Counted from the first letter of the stretch, positions 1 to 9,510 are shown. The stretch is DNA of 32,000 bases from an uncultured Chloroflexia bacterium (GCA_963718915.1 CAVRAI010000015.1:90001-122000), one strand, 5' to 3'. The notes: generated by a model not told the origin, from the letters alone. Program-made: numbers and translations.

Positions 1-537
1 CGATGGGCTGGAGCGGCGGCGCGTGGATCGCCTCTCCGGCGGGCAGACACAACGGCTGCGGTTCGCGCTGGCCATCGCCAGCGAGCCACAGATTCTGGTG
101 CTCGACGAGCCAACCGCCGCGATGGATGTGGAGGCGCGCCACAGCTTCTGGGCCAACATGCGCACCTACACCGCCGCCGGGCGCACCGTGCTCTTCGCGA
201 CACACTACCTGGAGGAGGCCGAGGCCTTCGCGTCGCGGGTCGTCATCATCGCGCATGGGCAGATCGTCGCCGATGGCTACCGTCGCCGATCTGAAGCGGC
301 GCGCGGGCGCGCAGACAGTCCGCTTCCAGAGCGAAGCGTGGCGCTGCTGAGGCGCTGCGTCGGCTGCCCGGAGTCGCGCGCGTGGAGTGGCAGGGCGAGC
401 GCGTGACGCTCACCACCAGCGATAGTGACGCGACGGTGCGGGCGCTGGCCGCCAGCGATCTCGCCTGGCAGAACCTCGAAGTCCATAGCGTGGATCTGGA
501 CGACATCTTCATGGCGCTCGTCGGCAACGGCAAGTAA
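1..537 (+). pseudogene. ABC transporter ATP-binding subunit, 5' end outside the window, reading frame interrupted twice
   Basis: LSGGQ signature (LSGGQTQR), Walker B ILVLDEP and H-loop FATH are present. After ...GQIVADG (ends 277) the expected continuation [20 protein letters not shown] lies in the next frame (279-338). The C-terminus [22 protein letters not shown]...DDIFMALVGNGK* lies in a third frame (343-537, TAA 535-537). Confidence 0.75.
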
Positions 538-551
538 GACCAGGTATCTGG

Positions 552-723
552 CTCCCCTCTCCTCGCAGGAGAGGGGCCGGGGGTGAGGTCTCTGGCTGGC
601 GAGAGAACCTCACCCGGCCTTCGGCCACCCTCCCCTACGAGGGGAGGGCCAGGGCGACCACCCTGCCAGTTGGCAACACGCGTACTCCCCTCTCCTCGCA
701 GGAGAGGGGCCGGGGGTGAGGTC
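552..723. repeat. Two identical 39-bp palindromic elements (552-590, 685-723) with further hairpins between them (family 1)
   Basis: CTCCCCTCTCCTCGCAGGAGAGGGGCCGGGGGTGAGGTC occurs twice exactly. Its core is the hairpin CCCCTCTCC/GGAGAGGGG. Between the copies lie AACCTCACCC (inverse of GGGTGAGGT) and the hairpin CCCTCCCCTACGAGGGGAGGG. Confidence 0.85.
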
Positions 724-765
724 AGGCCAAGAGCACACCTACACCCAACAACAGGAGGCTTATCA

Positions 766-1506
766 ATGGCTGGCTATCTTCGCTTAGAGCTACTGCGGAC
801 GATTCGCGATCCCAAGTATATTATTCTGGCGGTACTCTCGCCGATTGGCTTCTATCTGCTCTTCTCGACCCTCTTTGGCGGGCAGAGTACCGGCTCGGCT
901 GGTATGACGGTGCAGGCGGCGCTGATGGTCTCGATGGGTCTGTACGGCGCCATGTGGGCGGTGATGTCGGCGACAGGGCCGCGCATCGCCCAGGATCGCA
1001 CGACGGGATGGGCGCGCCAGATGCGGCTGCTGCCGATTCGCACGGCCAACACGCTGGCGGCGCGGCTGATCGCGGCGGTGCTGCTCGCTGGCCCGGCGAT
1101 TGTGCTGGTGATGCTCACGGCGGTCTTCGCCAAGGGTGTCACGCTCGATGACGCCTGGCGCTGGGCGGTGCTGCTGGCGCTGCTCTGGCTCGGCTCGATC
1201 CCTATCGCGCTGCTCGGCATGGCCATCGGTTATGGCATCGGCCCGGAGGTGGCGTTCGGTGTCCTCTACGCGCTCTATCTGGCGCTCTCGGCGCTCGGCG
1301 GCCTCTGGATGCCGATCTCGATCATGCCATCTGGCATGCAGACCGTCGGCAAGCTGCTGCCCTCGTATCGCGCGGCGTCGCTCGGCTGGCGTCTCATCGG
1401 CCACAAGCCATTCGACATCAGCGATGTGCTGATTCTGGCGGCATGGGCCATCGTCTTCACCCTGCTCGCGCTCTTCTTCGCCAGCCGCCGGGCGAACTCG
1501 CGCTAA
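766..1506 (+). CDS. ABC-2 type transporter permease
   Basis: Lies in the frame of ORF 583..1506. The upstream 61 codons run through the repeat elements, so I moved the start to ATG 766, preceded by AGGAGG (753-758). Multiple hydrophobic segments; located directly downstream of an ABC ATPase. Confidence 0.8.
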   Translation: MAGYLRLELLRTIRDPKYIILAVLSPIGFYLLFSTLFGGQSTGSAGMTVQAALMVSMGLYGAMWAVMSATGPRIAQDRTTGWARQMRLLPIRTANTLAARLIAAVLLAGPAIVLVMLTAVFAKGVTLDDAWRWAVLLALLWLGSIPIALLGMAIGYGIGPEVAFGVLYALYLALSALGGLWMPISIMPSGMQTVGKLLPSYRAASLGWRLIGHKPFDISDVLILAAWAIVFTLLALFFASRRANSR

Positions 1507-1661
1507 CTAGCAGCCGTAACCAGTATCTGATACTCTGTCAGAGGTGAATTATTGAGGAGGGAGGGAAGTCGGCAACATTTTAGCTGAGTGGATACGTACC
1601 ATTGATCCATGTATATCGGCATGCCATACTGGCCGCATCCTAAACTGCGAGGAGGCACACC

Positions 1662-2349
1662 TTGTCCAGATACTTTCGTCAAGAATCGTCCACAAGCCAA
1701 CCATCCTCATCCGTACACGTCAAAGCAGATCCTCTTGCCACGACCCCTGTCCCTCGGAGGCTGCTCTGGTGGCTTACGTTCGGGTTTGCTGGCACCGCGC
1801 TGTTTCCGATCATCTATACGATTGAGGGCACGACCCGTCCCGGCTATGACGCCATGCGGCAAACCATCAGCGCGCTCAGCCTGGGTCCAGGCGCATGGGC
1901 ACAGCAGCTCAATTTTGCGCTCTGTGGGTTAAGCGTCCTCTGGATGGCTTTTGTCTGGCGCAAGATCCTCGTGGGAGGCGTACTGCGCGACCTGGTATCC
2001 CATCGTTCGTGGCATCGAAGGCTTTGGATTGATTGCCATTGCGATTTTCACGCTGAACCCGCTTCATACGGTCTTCAATGTGGTGATCGTGAATGCCATG
2101 AGTTTGGGCCTATTTGTCATCGCCCGGCGTTTCTGGAAGCGCCCACTCTGGCGCGGGTGGGTGACATTCTCGCTGGCCTGCGCCTTCCTGCCATGGGTTA
2201 TTTATCCCTTCTTCTTTGCGGCCCTGAACTCACACGGTGCACTCAGCGCTTATACCGGCCTCTTCGAGCGCCTGGCAACCAACGCCGACACCCTCTGGTC
2301 GCTCGTGTTGCTCGTACGTCTGTGGACACGTCGGTCAATCGGTATCTGA
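1662..2349 (+). pseudogene. DUF998-like integral membrane protein, frame broken near 1980-1995
   Basis: The N-terminal part (TTG 1662, GAGGAGG at 1649-1655) reads ...LWWLTFGFAGTALFPIIYTIEGTTRPGYDAMRQTISALSLGPGAWAQQLNFALCGLSVLWMAFVWRKILVGG, then becomes Cys/His/Arg-rich nonsense. The hydrophobic continuation ...TWYPIVRGIEGFGLIAIAIFTLNP...LVLLVRLW is in the +1 frame (ORF 1951..2349). Confidence 0.65.
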
Positions 2350-2395
2350 GAATGTCCAAGGAGGCAATCCTCACAGACACGTGACGAGTAGGCGC

Positions 2396-2469
2396 CCGGC
2401 GTGGTGCGGGCCATCGTCTTCTCGCTGGCGGCGCTGTTCTTCGCCAGCCGCCGTTCCAATGCGCGCTAG
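2396..2469 (+). other. Relic copy of the last ~20 codons of an ABC-2 permease gene (distal part)
   Basis: 2408-2469 aligns by hand to 1445-1506 at roughly 80% identity. It translates AIVFSLAALFFASRRSNAR* versus AIVFTLLALFFASRRANSR*. No upstream coding context. Confidence 0.6.
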
Positions 2470-2556
2470 AGAAGTCAGAAACGTTCTGCCGCCCCTCCCC
2501 ATCTTGGGAAGGGGCGCTGTCGTATTCCATGCGGGTTGTCTCGATGGGCGAGGGTA

Positions 2557-3813
2557 TTATTGCTGATCGAAGCCACCACCCGCCGCGACGCAGCCACCAG
2601 TAATGCGGAGCGATTCGACGGCGCCGTGTTGCTCGATGGGAGCGACGCCAGCCCCGTTCGTTTTGAGTCCGCCACTGATATCGATCTCGCGCGCCGCGCC
2701 TCCAGGCTTGATGCTTAGGCCGATGGCGGTAAGCGTCGTCACCTCGCCTTTCACCAGTGATTGGCCAGTGCCTCCGAAGGTCTCAATGCCGCGTCGTACA
2801 ATGATACTGCCAACTGGTTGGCTGATTTGAATGCCGACGGCGCCATCCCCATGCGTCACAATACGCTCAAACTCAGCGCGATTGACCGTCCCCGTATAGA
2901 CGTTGAATCCACGCGCGCCCTGGCCAAACGTCTCAATCGGGGCGTTGACCCGTAATTCATTGACAGTGCCAAAGTTGACGAAGCCAATCCCGCTGGGGCC
3001 ATGTGAGGTAATGGGCTGTTCAGCAATCCACTGGTCCACAACCCCCCAATTGTCGAGCGCCATGTCGTTTACCCCATAGGTGACGACCGGAAGGCGATTC
3101 CTGACGTGCTCCACGTGAGCGCCATAGACAGTGAAAACGCCACCAGTGATCCGGTCCGGTGTGCCTGGGGCGATCTTGCCATCACTGAACACCGCATCAG
3201 TCACCAACTGCCGCACAACCAGGCGCCCGCCAGTGTCGCCCGCGCCGCTCACGAAAATCCCACTTCCCAGCACGGGCGCTTCGCTACGTCCCGCCGATAT
3301 CCCGATGAGATCCGCACTGATGACCACATCATCATCTGGCTGCATGTTCCACAGTGTGAAGGCTCCCTGGAGAACAAAGACGCCGTAACCATGCGGTCGG
3401 TCGCTCGCATTCCGTGCGTCCGCGGCGACAATGTCAAGACCACGTACGTCCACATGGCCGCCACGCACACGCTCACGTGCGAGAATCTGCACCCGGCCGG
3501 TCGCGACAACCCTGCGGATCTCCACGCGCCCCAGCGTGGTGACACCCGGGTCGTTGTAGATTGCCCGCATGTCTGGGTCCGTATGGAGGTGGATACCGCG
3601 TACGCTGTTGTCCGAAGAGAGCTGAACGCCATCCAGCCCATCGGCGAATGTAATGCCCGCCTGGTCATCCTCCCCACTGAGTGATTGTCCGGGCGCAAGG
3701 CGGAATGGTGGCGAGTCAACGATATGACCACGAATGGTGATAGTTTGAACGCTCGCAGCCTTTGTAGCCGAGAGCAATTCGTCAACCGTAGAGACGATAG
3801 CGTTCTCCGCCAT
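2557..3813 (-). CDS. Hypothetical protein, probable right-handed parallel beta-helix repeat protein
   Basis: ORF 2557..3915 trimmed to ATG 3813, with GGAGGG 9 nt upstream on the minus strand. Gly/Val/Ile-rich short periodic segments throughout. No signal peptide or catalytic motif recognised. Confidence 0.7.
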   Translation of the reverse strand: MAENAIVSTVDELLSATKAASVQTITIRGHIVDSPPFRLAPGQSLSGEDDQAGITFADGLDGVQLSSDNSVRGIHLHTDPDMRAIYNDPGVTTLGRVEIRRVVATGRVQILARERVRGGHVDVRGLDIVAADARNASDRPHGYGVFVLQGAFTLWNMQPDDDVVISADLIGISAGRSEAPVLGSGIFVSGAGDTGGRLVVRQLVTDAVFSDGKIAPGTPDRITGGVFTVYGAHVEHVRNRLPVVTYGVNDMALDNWGVVDQWIAEQPITSHGPSGIGFVNFGTVNELRVNAPIETFGQGARGFNVYTGTVNRAEFERIVTHGDGAVGIQISQPVGSIIVRRGIETFGGTGQSLVKGEVTTLTAIGLSIKPGGAAREIDISGGLKTNGAGVAPIEQHGAVESLRITGGCVAAGGGFDQQ

Positions 3814-3906
3814 GGTAAAGTGCCCTCCGTCTACGTCGCATAGACATACGCGGCATACCTCTACACATATGGACATATGGCTTGAGGCAATTATAGCATT
3901 CGTAGA

Positions 3907-4034
3907 GCGCAGCATCGCTCGGCTGGCGGCTCATCGGCCACAAGGCATTCGACGAGACCGATGTGCTGATCCTGGCGGCATGGGCGCGCTCTATTGACAG
4001 CATGCTGAAGCGTGAGGAGGCACACCGTGTCCAG
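3907..4034 (+). other. Relic copy of permease 3' region (proximal part, 3907-3985) followed by a copy of the DUF998 RBS/start region (4014-4034)
   Basis: 3907-3985 aligns to 1370-1448 at about 70 of 79 positions, translating ASLGWRLIGHKAFDETDVLILAAWA versus ASLGWRLIGHKPFDISDVLILAAWA. GAGGAGGCACACCGTGTCCAG (4014-4034) matches GAGGAGGCACACCTTGTCCAG (1649-1669) at 20/21. Confidence 0.6.
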
Positions 4035-4045
4035 GGCACACCGGC

Positions 4046-4309
4046 TCACGCGCGCGTTCGGGACTTCTTGGGACGGCGACGGTAGCTGCGGACAGGCCCA
4101 TTTTCGGGGTCCAACCACCGGGAGATGAACAGGAACAGGATCCCGACGGCGCAGGCGATCACGCCAACTGCCAGCGCCGAACCGTCTACTGGCTGGTGGG
4201 TCTTGCCAGCGAAGTACCATGTGGCGGCTAGACTGTACAGCCCGCCGGCGAATGTGAACAACCCGATCAGGAACGTCACAACCGCGCCCACGCCACGAAG
4301 CAGCTTCAT
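4046..4309 (-). CDS. Small hypothetical membrane protein (87 aa, 2-3 hydrophobic helices, basic C-terminus)
   Basis: ATG 4309 is preceded by GGAAGGAG on the minus strand. Hydrophobic segments [19 protein letters not shown] and [18 protein letters not shown]. No family recognised. Confidence 0.5.
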   Translation of the reverse strand: MKLLRGVGAVVTFLIGLFTFAGGLYSLAATWYFAGKTHQPVDGSALAVGVIACAVGILFLFISRWLDPENGPVRSYRRRPKKSRTRA

Positions 4310-4544
4310 AGCGCGCTCCTTCCCTCAACCAGTGCGGCTGTCTATACCGATATCAGCCGAACTCTCCCGCCGAAGTATACCGCGCTTTGTGTGCGCTTGC
4401 ATTGCGTCTCCCCTGGCGGATTGCCGCGGGCTATGCTACAATGCGATCAGAGATGGCCTAGTGATTCGGCCATATTTCACGCATTGGATTAGGCCAATTT
4501 GTGGCGACTGGCGTACAGTGTGGTACGCCACCAGATGCAGGAGG

Positions 4545-5441
4545 ATGTCTTCCGTGGAGAACCAGACCGGTACAACGCGCGTCAAGCGCAACTTCCCCGA
4601 GATGCTCAAGGGCGGCGTCATTATGGATGTGGTGACGCCCGACCAGGCGATGATCGCCGAAGACGCGGGGGCATCCGCCGTGATGGCGCTGGAGCGCGTG
4701 CCAGCGGATATTCGCGCGCAGGGCGGCGTCGCGCGCATGAGCGACCCTGAGTTGATTCTGCAGATCAAAGAGGCGGTCACGATTCCTGTGATGGCCAAGT
4801 GTCGCATCGGCCACTTCGTCGAGGCGGAGATTCTTCAGGCGCTCGGTGTGGACTGCATCGACGAGTCCGAGGTGCTGACGCCCGCCGATGAGGCCTATCA
4901 CGTCAACAAGCACGATTTCGCCATCCCGTTCGTCTGTGGCGCGCGCGACCTGGGCGAGGCGCTGCGGCGGATTGGCGAGGGCGCGGCGATGATTCGCAGC
5001 AAGGGCGAGGCTGGTACCGGCAATATCGTCGAGGCGGTGCGCCATCTGCGCGCGATCACCGATGGCATCCGCAAGCTGACGATCATGCCCGAAGAGGAGC
5101 TGATGGCCGAGGCGAAGAATCTCGGCGCGCCCTATGAGCTGGTGCGCGAGGTACGCGGCCTGAAGCGGCTGCCGGTGGTGCTCTTCTGCGCGGGCGGCAT
5201 CGCCACTCCGGCGGATGCGGCGCTGGTGATGCGGCTCGGCTGCGACGGCGTCTTCGTCGGCTCCGGCATCTTCAAGTCGGATGATCCCGCCCGCCGCGCC
5301 AAGGCTATCGTCAAGGCGACGACCCACTTCGAGGATCCCGCCATTCTCGCCGAGGTTTCGCGCGGGCTGGGCGAGCCGATGCGCGGCATCGAGCTGAAGA
5401 CCATCCCTGAGAATCAGCTGATGGCGTCGCGCGGCTGGTAG
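4545..5441 (+). CDS. pdxS: Pyridoxal 5'-phosphate synthase, lyase subunit PdxS
   Basis: Near-colinear with remembered Bacillus PdxS (...[11 protein letters not shown]...[23 protein letters not shown]...[15 protein letters not shown]...FVGSGIFKS...RGW*). The ORF 4125.. extension is spurious. Start is ATG 4545 or GTG 4554; AGGAGG at 4539-4544 favours 4554. Confidence 0.95.
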   Translation: MSSVENQTGTTRVKRNFPEMLKGGVIMDVVTPDQAMIAEDAGASAVMALERVPADIRAQGGVARMSDPELILQIKEAVTIPVMAKCRIGHFVEAEILQALGVDCIDESEVLTPADEAYHVNKHDFAIPFVCGARDLGEALRRIGEGAAMIRSKGEAGTGNIVEAVRHLRAITDGIRKLTIMPEEELMAEAKNLGAPYELVREVRGLKRLPVVLFCAGGIATPADAALVMRLGCDGVFVGSGIFKSDDPARRAKAIVKATTHFEDPAILAEVSRGLGEPMRGIELKTIPENQLMASRGW

Positions 5442-5449
5442 GGTGGGCT

Positions 5450-5595
5450 GGCGGCTGAAGCCGCGCCTAAGCGCCTCCGGCGGCAAAGCCTGCCTGCGCA
5501 GGCTCGTAATAGAAACGAACCTGCTTTCTGGAGGCCGCGCAGGCGGCCTTTGCGGCGGAGCGGGAGCGTAGCCCTTAGCCGCGCGTTAACGCGCC
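5450..5595. repeat. Inverted pair of ~60-bp family-2 repeat units (5450-5504 reverse, 5530-5595 forward) between pdxS and pdxT
   Basis: The reverse complement of 5450-5504 (AGCCTGCGCAGGCAGGCTTTGCCGCCGGAGGCGCTTAGGCGCGGCTTCAGCC) and 5530-5595 both match units at 24.5, 28.3 and 30.1-30.3 kb. Confidence 0.7.
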
Positions 5596-5825
5596 GGGTA
5601 TCTCTACCCATTCGGGCCTGCCCAGGAGTCCCTGGTTGGTCGAACGTTTTGGGTAATAACGATTGGCAGCCACGCCGGAATTCTCCGGGCGCTGGTTGGC
5701 GAGATGCGTCGCTGGGGCCAGCACGCAACATGGTACACTGGAAGTGCGTATAGCGTTATGAGGAAGCCGAGCCAAAACGTGTAACGCTTCCCAATACGCT
5801 TCTGGTTGAAATGAGCGGGTATCCG

Positions 5826-6431
5826 ATGACACGAATCGGTATTCTGGCGTTCCAGGGTGATTTTCGCGAGCATGCGCGGGCGGTCGAGCGGCTGGGCGCC
5901 GAGAGCCGTCTGGTGCGCCTGCCACATGACCTGGAGGGCGTCGACGCGCTGATTTTGCCCGGCGGCGAGAGCACCGTGATGGGCAAGCTGATGATGGCGT
6001 ATGATGTAGTAGAGCCGCTCCGAACGCTGCTCGCGCAGGGGATACCCGCGTGGGGCACCTGCGCCGGGATGATCCTGCTCTCGCGTGCGACCGATAATGC
6101 ACTCGCCGGGCAGCCGTTGCTCGCCTCGATCAACATGCGCACACGCCGCAACGCCTTTGGCGCGCAGCGTGAGAGTTTCGAGACGATGCTCACGATTCCG
6201 GCGATTGGGCCGGAGCCGTATCACGCGGTCTTCATCCGGGGGCCGATTGTCGAAGAGGTAGGAGAAGGCGTTGAGGTGCTGGCGCGAATTGACGCGCCGG
6301 AACCAAATATCGTCGCGGTGCGTCAGAATCGCCTGTTAGCCACGGCGTTTCATCCAGAGGTGACAGGGGATCTGCGCTTTCACGAGTACTTCCTTGGAAT
6401 GGTGCGTGACGCCCGCGCCGCAGCGGTCTAA
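5826..6431 (+). CDS. pdxT: Pyridoxal 5'-phosphate synthase, glutaminase subunit PdxT
   Basis: MTRIGILAFQGDFREH...LILPGGESTVMGKL...WGTCAGMILL...FHPE matches class I glutamine amidotransferase PdxT (Cys in GTCAG, His-Pro-Glu near the C-terminus). An alternative upstream ATG at 5811 adds 5 residues. Confidence 0.9.
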   Translation: MTRIGILAFQGDFREHARAVERLGAESRLVRLPHDLEGVDALILPGGESTVMGKLMMAYDVVEPLRTLLAQGIPAWGTCAGMILLSRATDNALAGQPLLASINMRTRRNAFGAQRESFETMLTIPAIGPEPYHAVFIRGPIVEEVGEGVEVLARIDAPEPNIVAVRQNRLLATAFHPEVTGDLRFHEYFLGMVRDARAAAV

Positions 6432-6539
6432 GCCGTCGCGGTCAGGCGAACCCATCTGAGGTTCCAGTGGCTCTGCGCTGAATCGGCTCGCAAGAGCGCG
6501 CGAAGGCGTCGAAGGGCCACGCTGGGGGCAGCAGCAGGC

Positions 6540-7736
6540 ATGATTCGTCCAGTGCTGTATGTTGATTTACCTCGCTTCGTCCACGCGCTCGATCAGCGCG
6601 CCCGGGCGCGGCAGGGTGAATTCGCCAATTTTGTGGCTGCCCCTGAGGTCGAAGAGGCCCGCAGCGGCATATCCGTTCTCCTTGGCTCCATCCTACCCAT
6701 TACCCCCACCGCCTCCACCTGGATCTGCGAGGACCACTGGCGACTGCTCGGCCTGGCCCAGGCGCGCAAGCGTCCCGGCGCGCAGGCATGGGATCTCGCC
6801 TATCTCGCCGCACTGACCAACCCCGGTGGCCAACCGACCGCCGTCTCGCAGTACGAAGTGCTCTTCGAGTTGCTGCAGTACGCGCTCAACGCCGCCATTC
6901 TCAAAGAGGTGCATCGGTTCTTCGCGCGCATCGAAGATACCCGGCCTGAGATCGAACTCTTCGGCAAGCTAGGCTTCCAGCGCTACGCGCGCGAACTGAC
7001 CTACTGGCTGGAATCTCCCGCTGAGGGGGTCGAGCGGCTGGCCGAGGCGACCCATCGCGCGACCCTGCATACGTCTGAGCGACCAATGCGCCTGCTCACC
7101 CGCTTCCAGCCCGCGCCGCCTCCGGAAGAAGGACCTGATGAGATACGCCCGGATGTGGCGCTCCGGCGCTGGCAGCGCCACGACGCCTGGGGGCTACTCC
7201 GCCTCTACGACGCCTGCACGCCGCGACGGGTGCAGCTGGCCGAGGGGCTGACGAGCGAGGAACTGGTGCATACACGCGCCGCGGGCGGACGCACCTGGTT
7301 CGTGCCGCTGCTGGAGCCAACCTCGGCGGCGTTCGTGCACGACCGTGGCGTGCGCCTAGGTGGGTGGCTGCGGCTGCGCTTTGGGCGCGGCTCCCAGCCC
7401 CACATGATCTCTGTGCTTGCGCATCCTGACGATGCCGATGTCTCGCCCGCGTTGCTCCGCTTTGGCCTGCGTGTGCTTTCCCTGGAGGAGCAGCGCCCGG
7501 TGGTCTGTCAGGTACGCGAGTATGAATCAGCGGTGGTCGACGCATTGCGCGCCGCCGGATTCGAGCACTGGGGGTCGCACGCGCTGCTCGTTCGCCATCT
7601 CACGGCGCGCGGGCTGCGCGAGCAGATGGCTCCGGCACTGGAGTCGCGGGTTGTCTATGGCGTGAAGGGGTTTGGGACGACCCCCAATCGCCTGAGCGAA
7701 GGTGAAACAACGTACTATGCCAGAGAACACGATTGA
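6540..7736 (+). CDS. Hypothetical protein (398 aa); weak resemblance to acyl-CoA N-acyltransferase fold
   Basis: Long ORF with backbone-like codon usage. Segments ending ...ELFGKLGFQRYAREL and ...DALRAAGFEHWGSHALL resemble GNAT C-terminal strands. The assignment is weak. Confidence 0.55.
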   Translation: MIRPVLYVDLPRFVHALDQRARARQGEFANFVAAPEVEEARSGISVLLGSILPITPTASTWICEDHWRLLGLAQARKRPGAQAWDLAYLAALTNPGGQPTAVSQYEVLFELLQYALNAAILKEVHRFFARIEDTRPEIELFGKLGFQRYARELTYWLESPAEGVERLAEATHRATLHTSERPMRLLTRFQPAPPPEEGPDEIRPDVALRRWQRHDAWGLLRLYDACTPRRVQLAEGLTSEELVHTRAAGGRTWFVPLLEPTSAAFVHDRGVRLGGWLRLRFGRGSQPHMISVLAHPDDADVSPALLRFGLRVLSLEEQRPVVCQVREYESAVVDALRAAGFEHWGSHALLVRHLTARGLREQMAPALESRVVYGVKGFGTTPNRLSEGETTYYAREHD

Positions 7737-9459
7737 CGATCTCAACACGCTGTTCGCCGTACTACCAGCCAACCTCCGCAAGACGCTGGCAGAGATGAAC
7801 GACAGGGAGCAGATTCTCGAGATTGTCATGGACCTCGGGCGGCTGCCCGAGGCACGATTCCCGGCGCGTGAGGTGGTGCTGAGCAACGATCCCGTCACGG
7901 CAGAGGATCTGGCTTATGTCGTAGAGCATATTGGGCAGTTTGGAGGAGACAACCGGGCAGGGATCGAACGGACACTGCACCGCATCAGCGCCATCCGCAA
8001 CCGCCGGGGCGAGGTCATCGGCCTCACCTGCCGCGTCGGGCGCGCGGTCCGCGGCACCGTCGCCTTGATTCGCGATGTCATCGAGCAAGGGCAATCCCTG
8101 CTCATCCTGGGGCGACCCGGCGTCGGCAAGACCACGCTGCTGAGAGAGGCGGCGCGGGTCTTAGCGGATGAGCTGGGCAAGCGAGTGGTGGTGGTGGACA
8201 CCTCCAACGAGATCGCGGGCGACGGCGACATTCCGCATCCCGGTATTGGGCGCGCGCGGCGGATGCAGGTGACGCGGCCGGCGGAGCAGCATCAGGTGAT
8301 GATCGAGGCGGTGGAGAACCACATGCCGGAGGTGATCATCATCGACGAGATTGGGACGGAGCTGGAGGCGTCGGCGGCGCGCACGATTGCGGAGCGGGGG
8401 GTGCAGTTGGTGGGGACGGCGCATGGGCGGACGCTGGACAACCTGGTGGTGAACCCGACGCTCGCCGACCTGGTGGGGGGGACGCAGACGGTGACGCTGG
8501 GGGATGAGGAGGCGCGACGGCGGGGGACGCAGAAGACGGTGGTCGAGCGTAAAGCTCCCCCCACCTTCGATGTGTTGGTCGAGCAGCGCAGCTGGCGTGA
8601 GGTCGTCGTCGTCGCCGACGTGGCCACTGCGGTGGATGACATCCTGCGCGGACAGCCACTGACCGCCGAGCGGCGCACCCTGGACGATCAGGGCAACGTG
8701 CGCACCGAGACGGTCCATCTGGACGAGGATGAGGAGACGATCCCGCGCGAGGGCGCCCGTCGCAATCTGGCGCGGGGCCGGGGTAGCCAGTCGGGCTGGG
8801 AGCAGTTCGGCGAGCGTACCTATAGCGCTGAGGCGTGGTGGGATGAGCAGTCGTCCAGCGACGAGGGCGAGGCTGAGGCCGAGGCGGACTACGATGTGAT
8901 GGCGGAGGAGCCAACCGGAACTACTGGCCCGTCGAGCGGCGGCAGCAACATCCACGCGCTACGCCCGGCAGGTCGGAAGCTGCGAATCTATCCCTTCGGC
9001 ATCAGTCGCGAGCGGCTGGAGCAGGCGGGCAAGCATCTGCGCGTGCCGGTGGAGATTAGCAGCGACCAGCGGCTGGCCGATGCGGTCATCACCTCGCGCA
9101 ACTACTATCGTCGTCAGGCGGAGCGGCTGCGGGACGTGGAGGGCGAGCGCAAGCCCGTCTATATCCTGCGCACCAATACGGTCGCCCAGATCGAACAGTG
9201 CCTCTCACGCCTCTTCGATCAGCGCCGCAGCCAGTCGCACCATGCCAGCGGCGTGCGCAACAATCCGACGATGGACGCGATGCAGGAGGCGGAGGACGCG
9301 ATTCACAAGCTGCTGACCGTCCACATGCCACACGCCGATCTCGCGCCGCAGAACGCCTACGTCCGGCGGCTCCAGCACCGGATCGCCGAGCGCTACAATC
9401 TGGAGTCGCGCAGCTACGGCAAAGAACCGAACCGCCGCGTGAAGATCTTCTCGCGGTAG
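7702..9459 (+). CDS. AAA-type ATPase with C-terminal R3H nucleic-acid-binding domain (SpoIIIAA/Ycf45-like)
   Basis: Walker A GRPGVGKTT, Walker B VIIIDEIG, and NEIAGDGDIPHPGIGRARRMQV typical of the SpoIIIAA/Ycf45 family. C-terminal R3H-like YVRRLQHRIAERYNLESRSYGKEPNRRVKIF. The start may be ATG 7717 instead. Confidence 0.8.
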   Translation: MKQRTMPENTIDDLNTLFAVLPANLRKTLAEMNDREQILEIVMDLGRLPEARFPAREVVLSNDPVTAEDLAYVVEHIGQFGGDNRAGIERTLHRISAIRNRRGEVIGLTCRVGRAVRGTVALIRDVIEQGQSLLILGRPGVGKTTLLREAARVLADELGKRVVVVDTSNEIAGDGDIPHPGIGRARRMQVTRPAEQHQVMIEAVENHMPEVIIIDEIGTELEASAARTIAERGVQLVGTAHGRTLDNLVVNPTLADLVGGTQTVTLGDEEARRRGTQKTVVERKAPPTFDVLVEQRSWREVVVVADVATAVDDILRGQPLTAERRTLDDQGNVRTETVHLDEDEETIPREGARRNLARGRGSQSGWEQFGERTYSAEAWWDEQSSSDEGEAEAEADYDVMAEEPTGTTGPSSGGSNIHALRPAGRKLRIYPFGISRERLEQAGKHLRVPVEISSDQRLADAVITSRNYYRRQAERLRDVEGERKPVYILRTNTVAQIEQCLSRLFDQRRSQSHHASGVRNNPTMDAMQEAEDAIHKLLTVHMPHADLAPQNAYVRRLQHRIAERYNLESRSYGKEPNRRVKIFSR

Positions 9460-9467
9460 GCGAATAG

Positions 9468-9510
9468 ACCTCACCCCCAACCCCCTCTCCCACAGGAGAG
9501 GGGGCTTTTT
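9468..9510 (+). terminator. Family-1 palindromic element acting as a probable intrinsic terminator
   Basis: GACCTCACCCCCAA is followed by the hairpin CCCCCTCTCC-cacag-GAGAGGGGG and CTTTTT (9505-9510), 9 nt after the stop of the R3H ATPase gene. Confidence 0.65.

Noticed and set aside
583-765. N-terminal 61 codons of ORF 583..1506.
   Set aside because: They translate the palindromic repeat elements (RGGPGRPP..., RRRGAGGEV). A good RBS plus ATG at 766 starts the hydrophobic permease sequence.
2489-2515. Hairpin GCCCCTCCCC-atctt-GGGAAGGGGC as a terminator after the permease relic.
   Set aside because: It has an imperfect stem and no U-tract on either strand. It may be a decayed family-1 element, but terminator function is not supportable.
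3106-3785. ORFs 3106..3684 (+), 3131..3388 (+) and 3249..3785 (-) inside the beta-helix gene.
   Set aside because: They are alternative frames of a longer ORF that has a good RBS and consistent repeat periodicity, and their products are compositionally implausible.
4125-4544. 140-codon upstream extension of the pdxS ORF.
   Set aside because: There is no similarity to PdxS. It overlaps the divergent small membrane gene and the intergenic promoter region. PdxS homology starts at about 4545-4554, next to AGGAGG.
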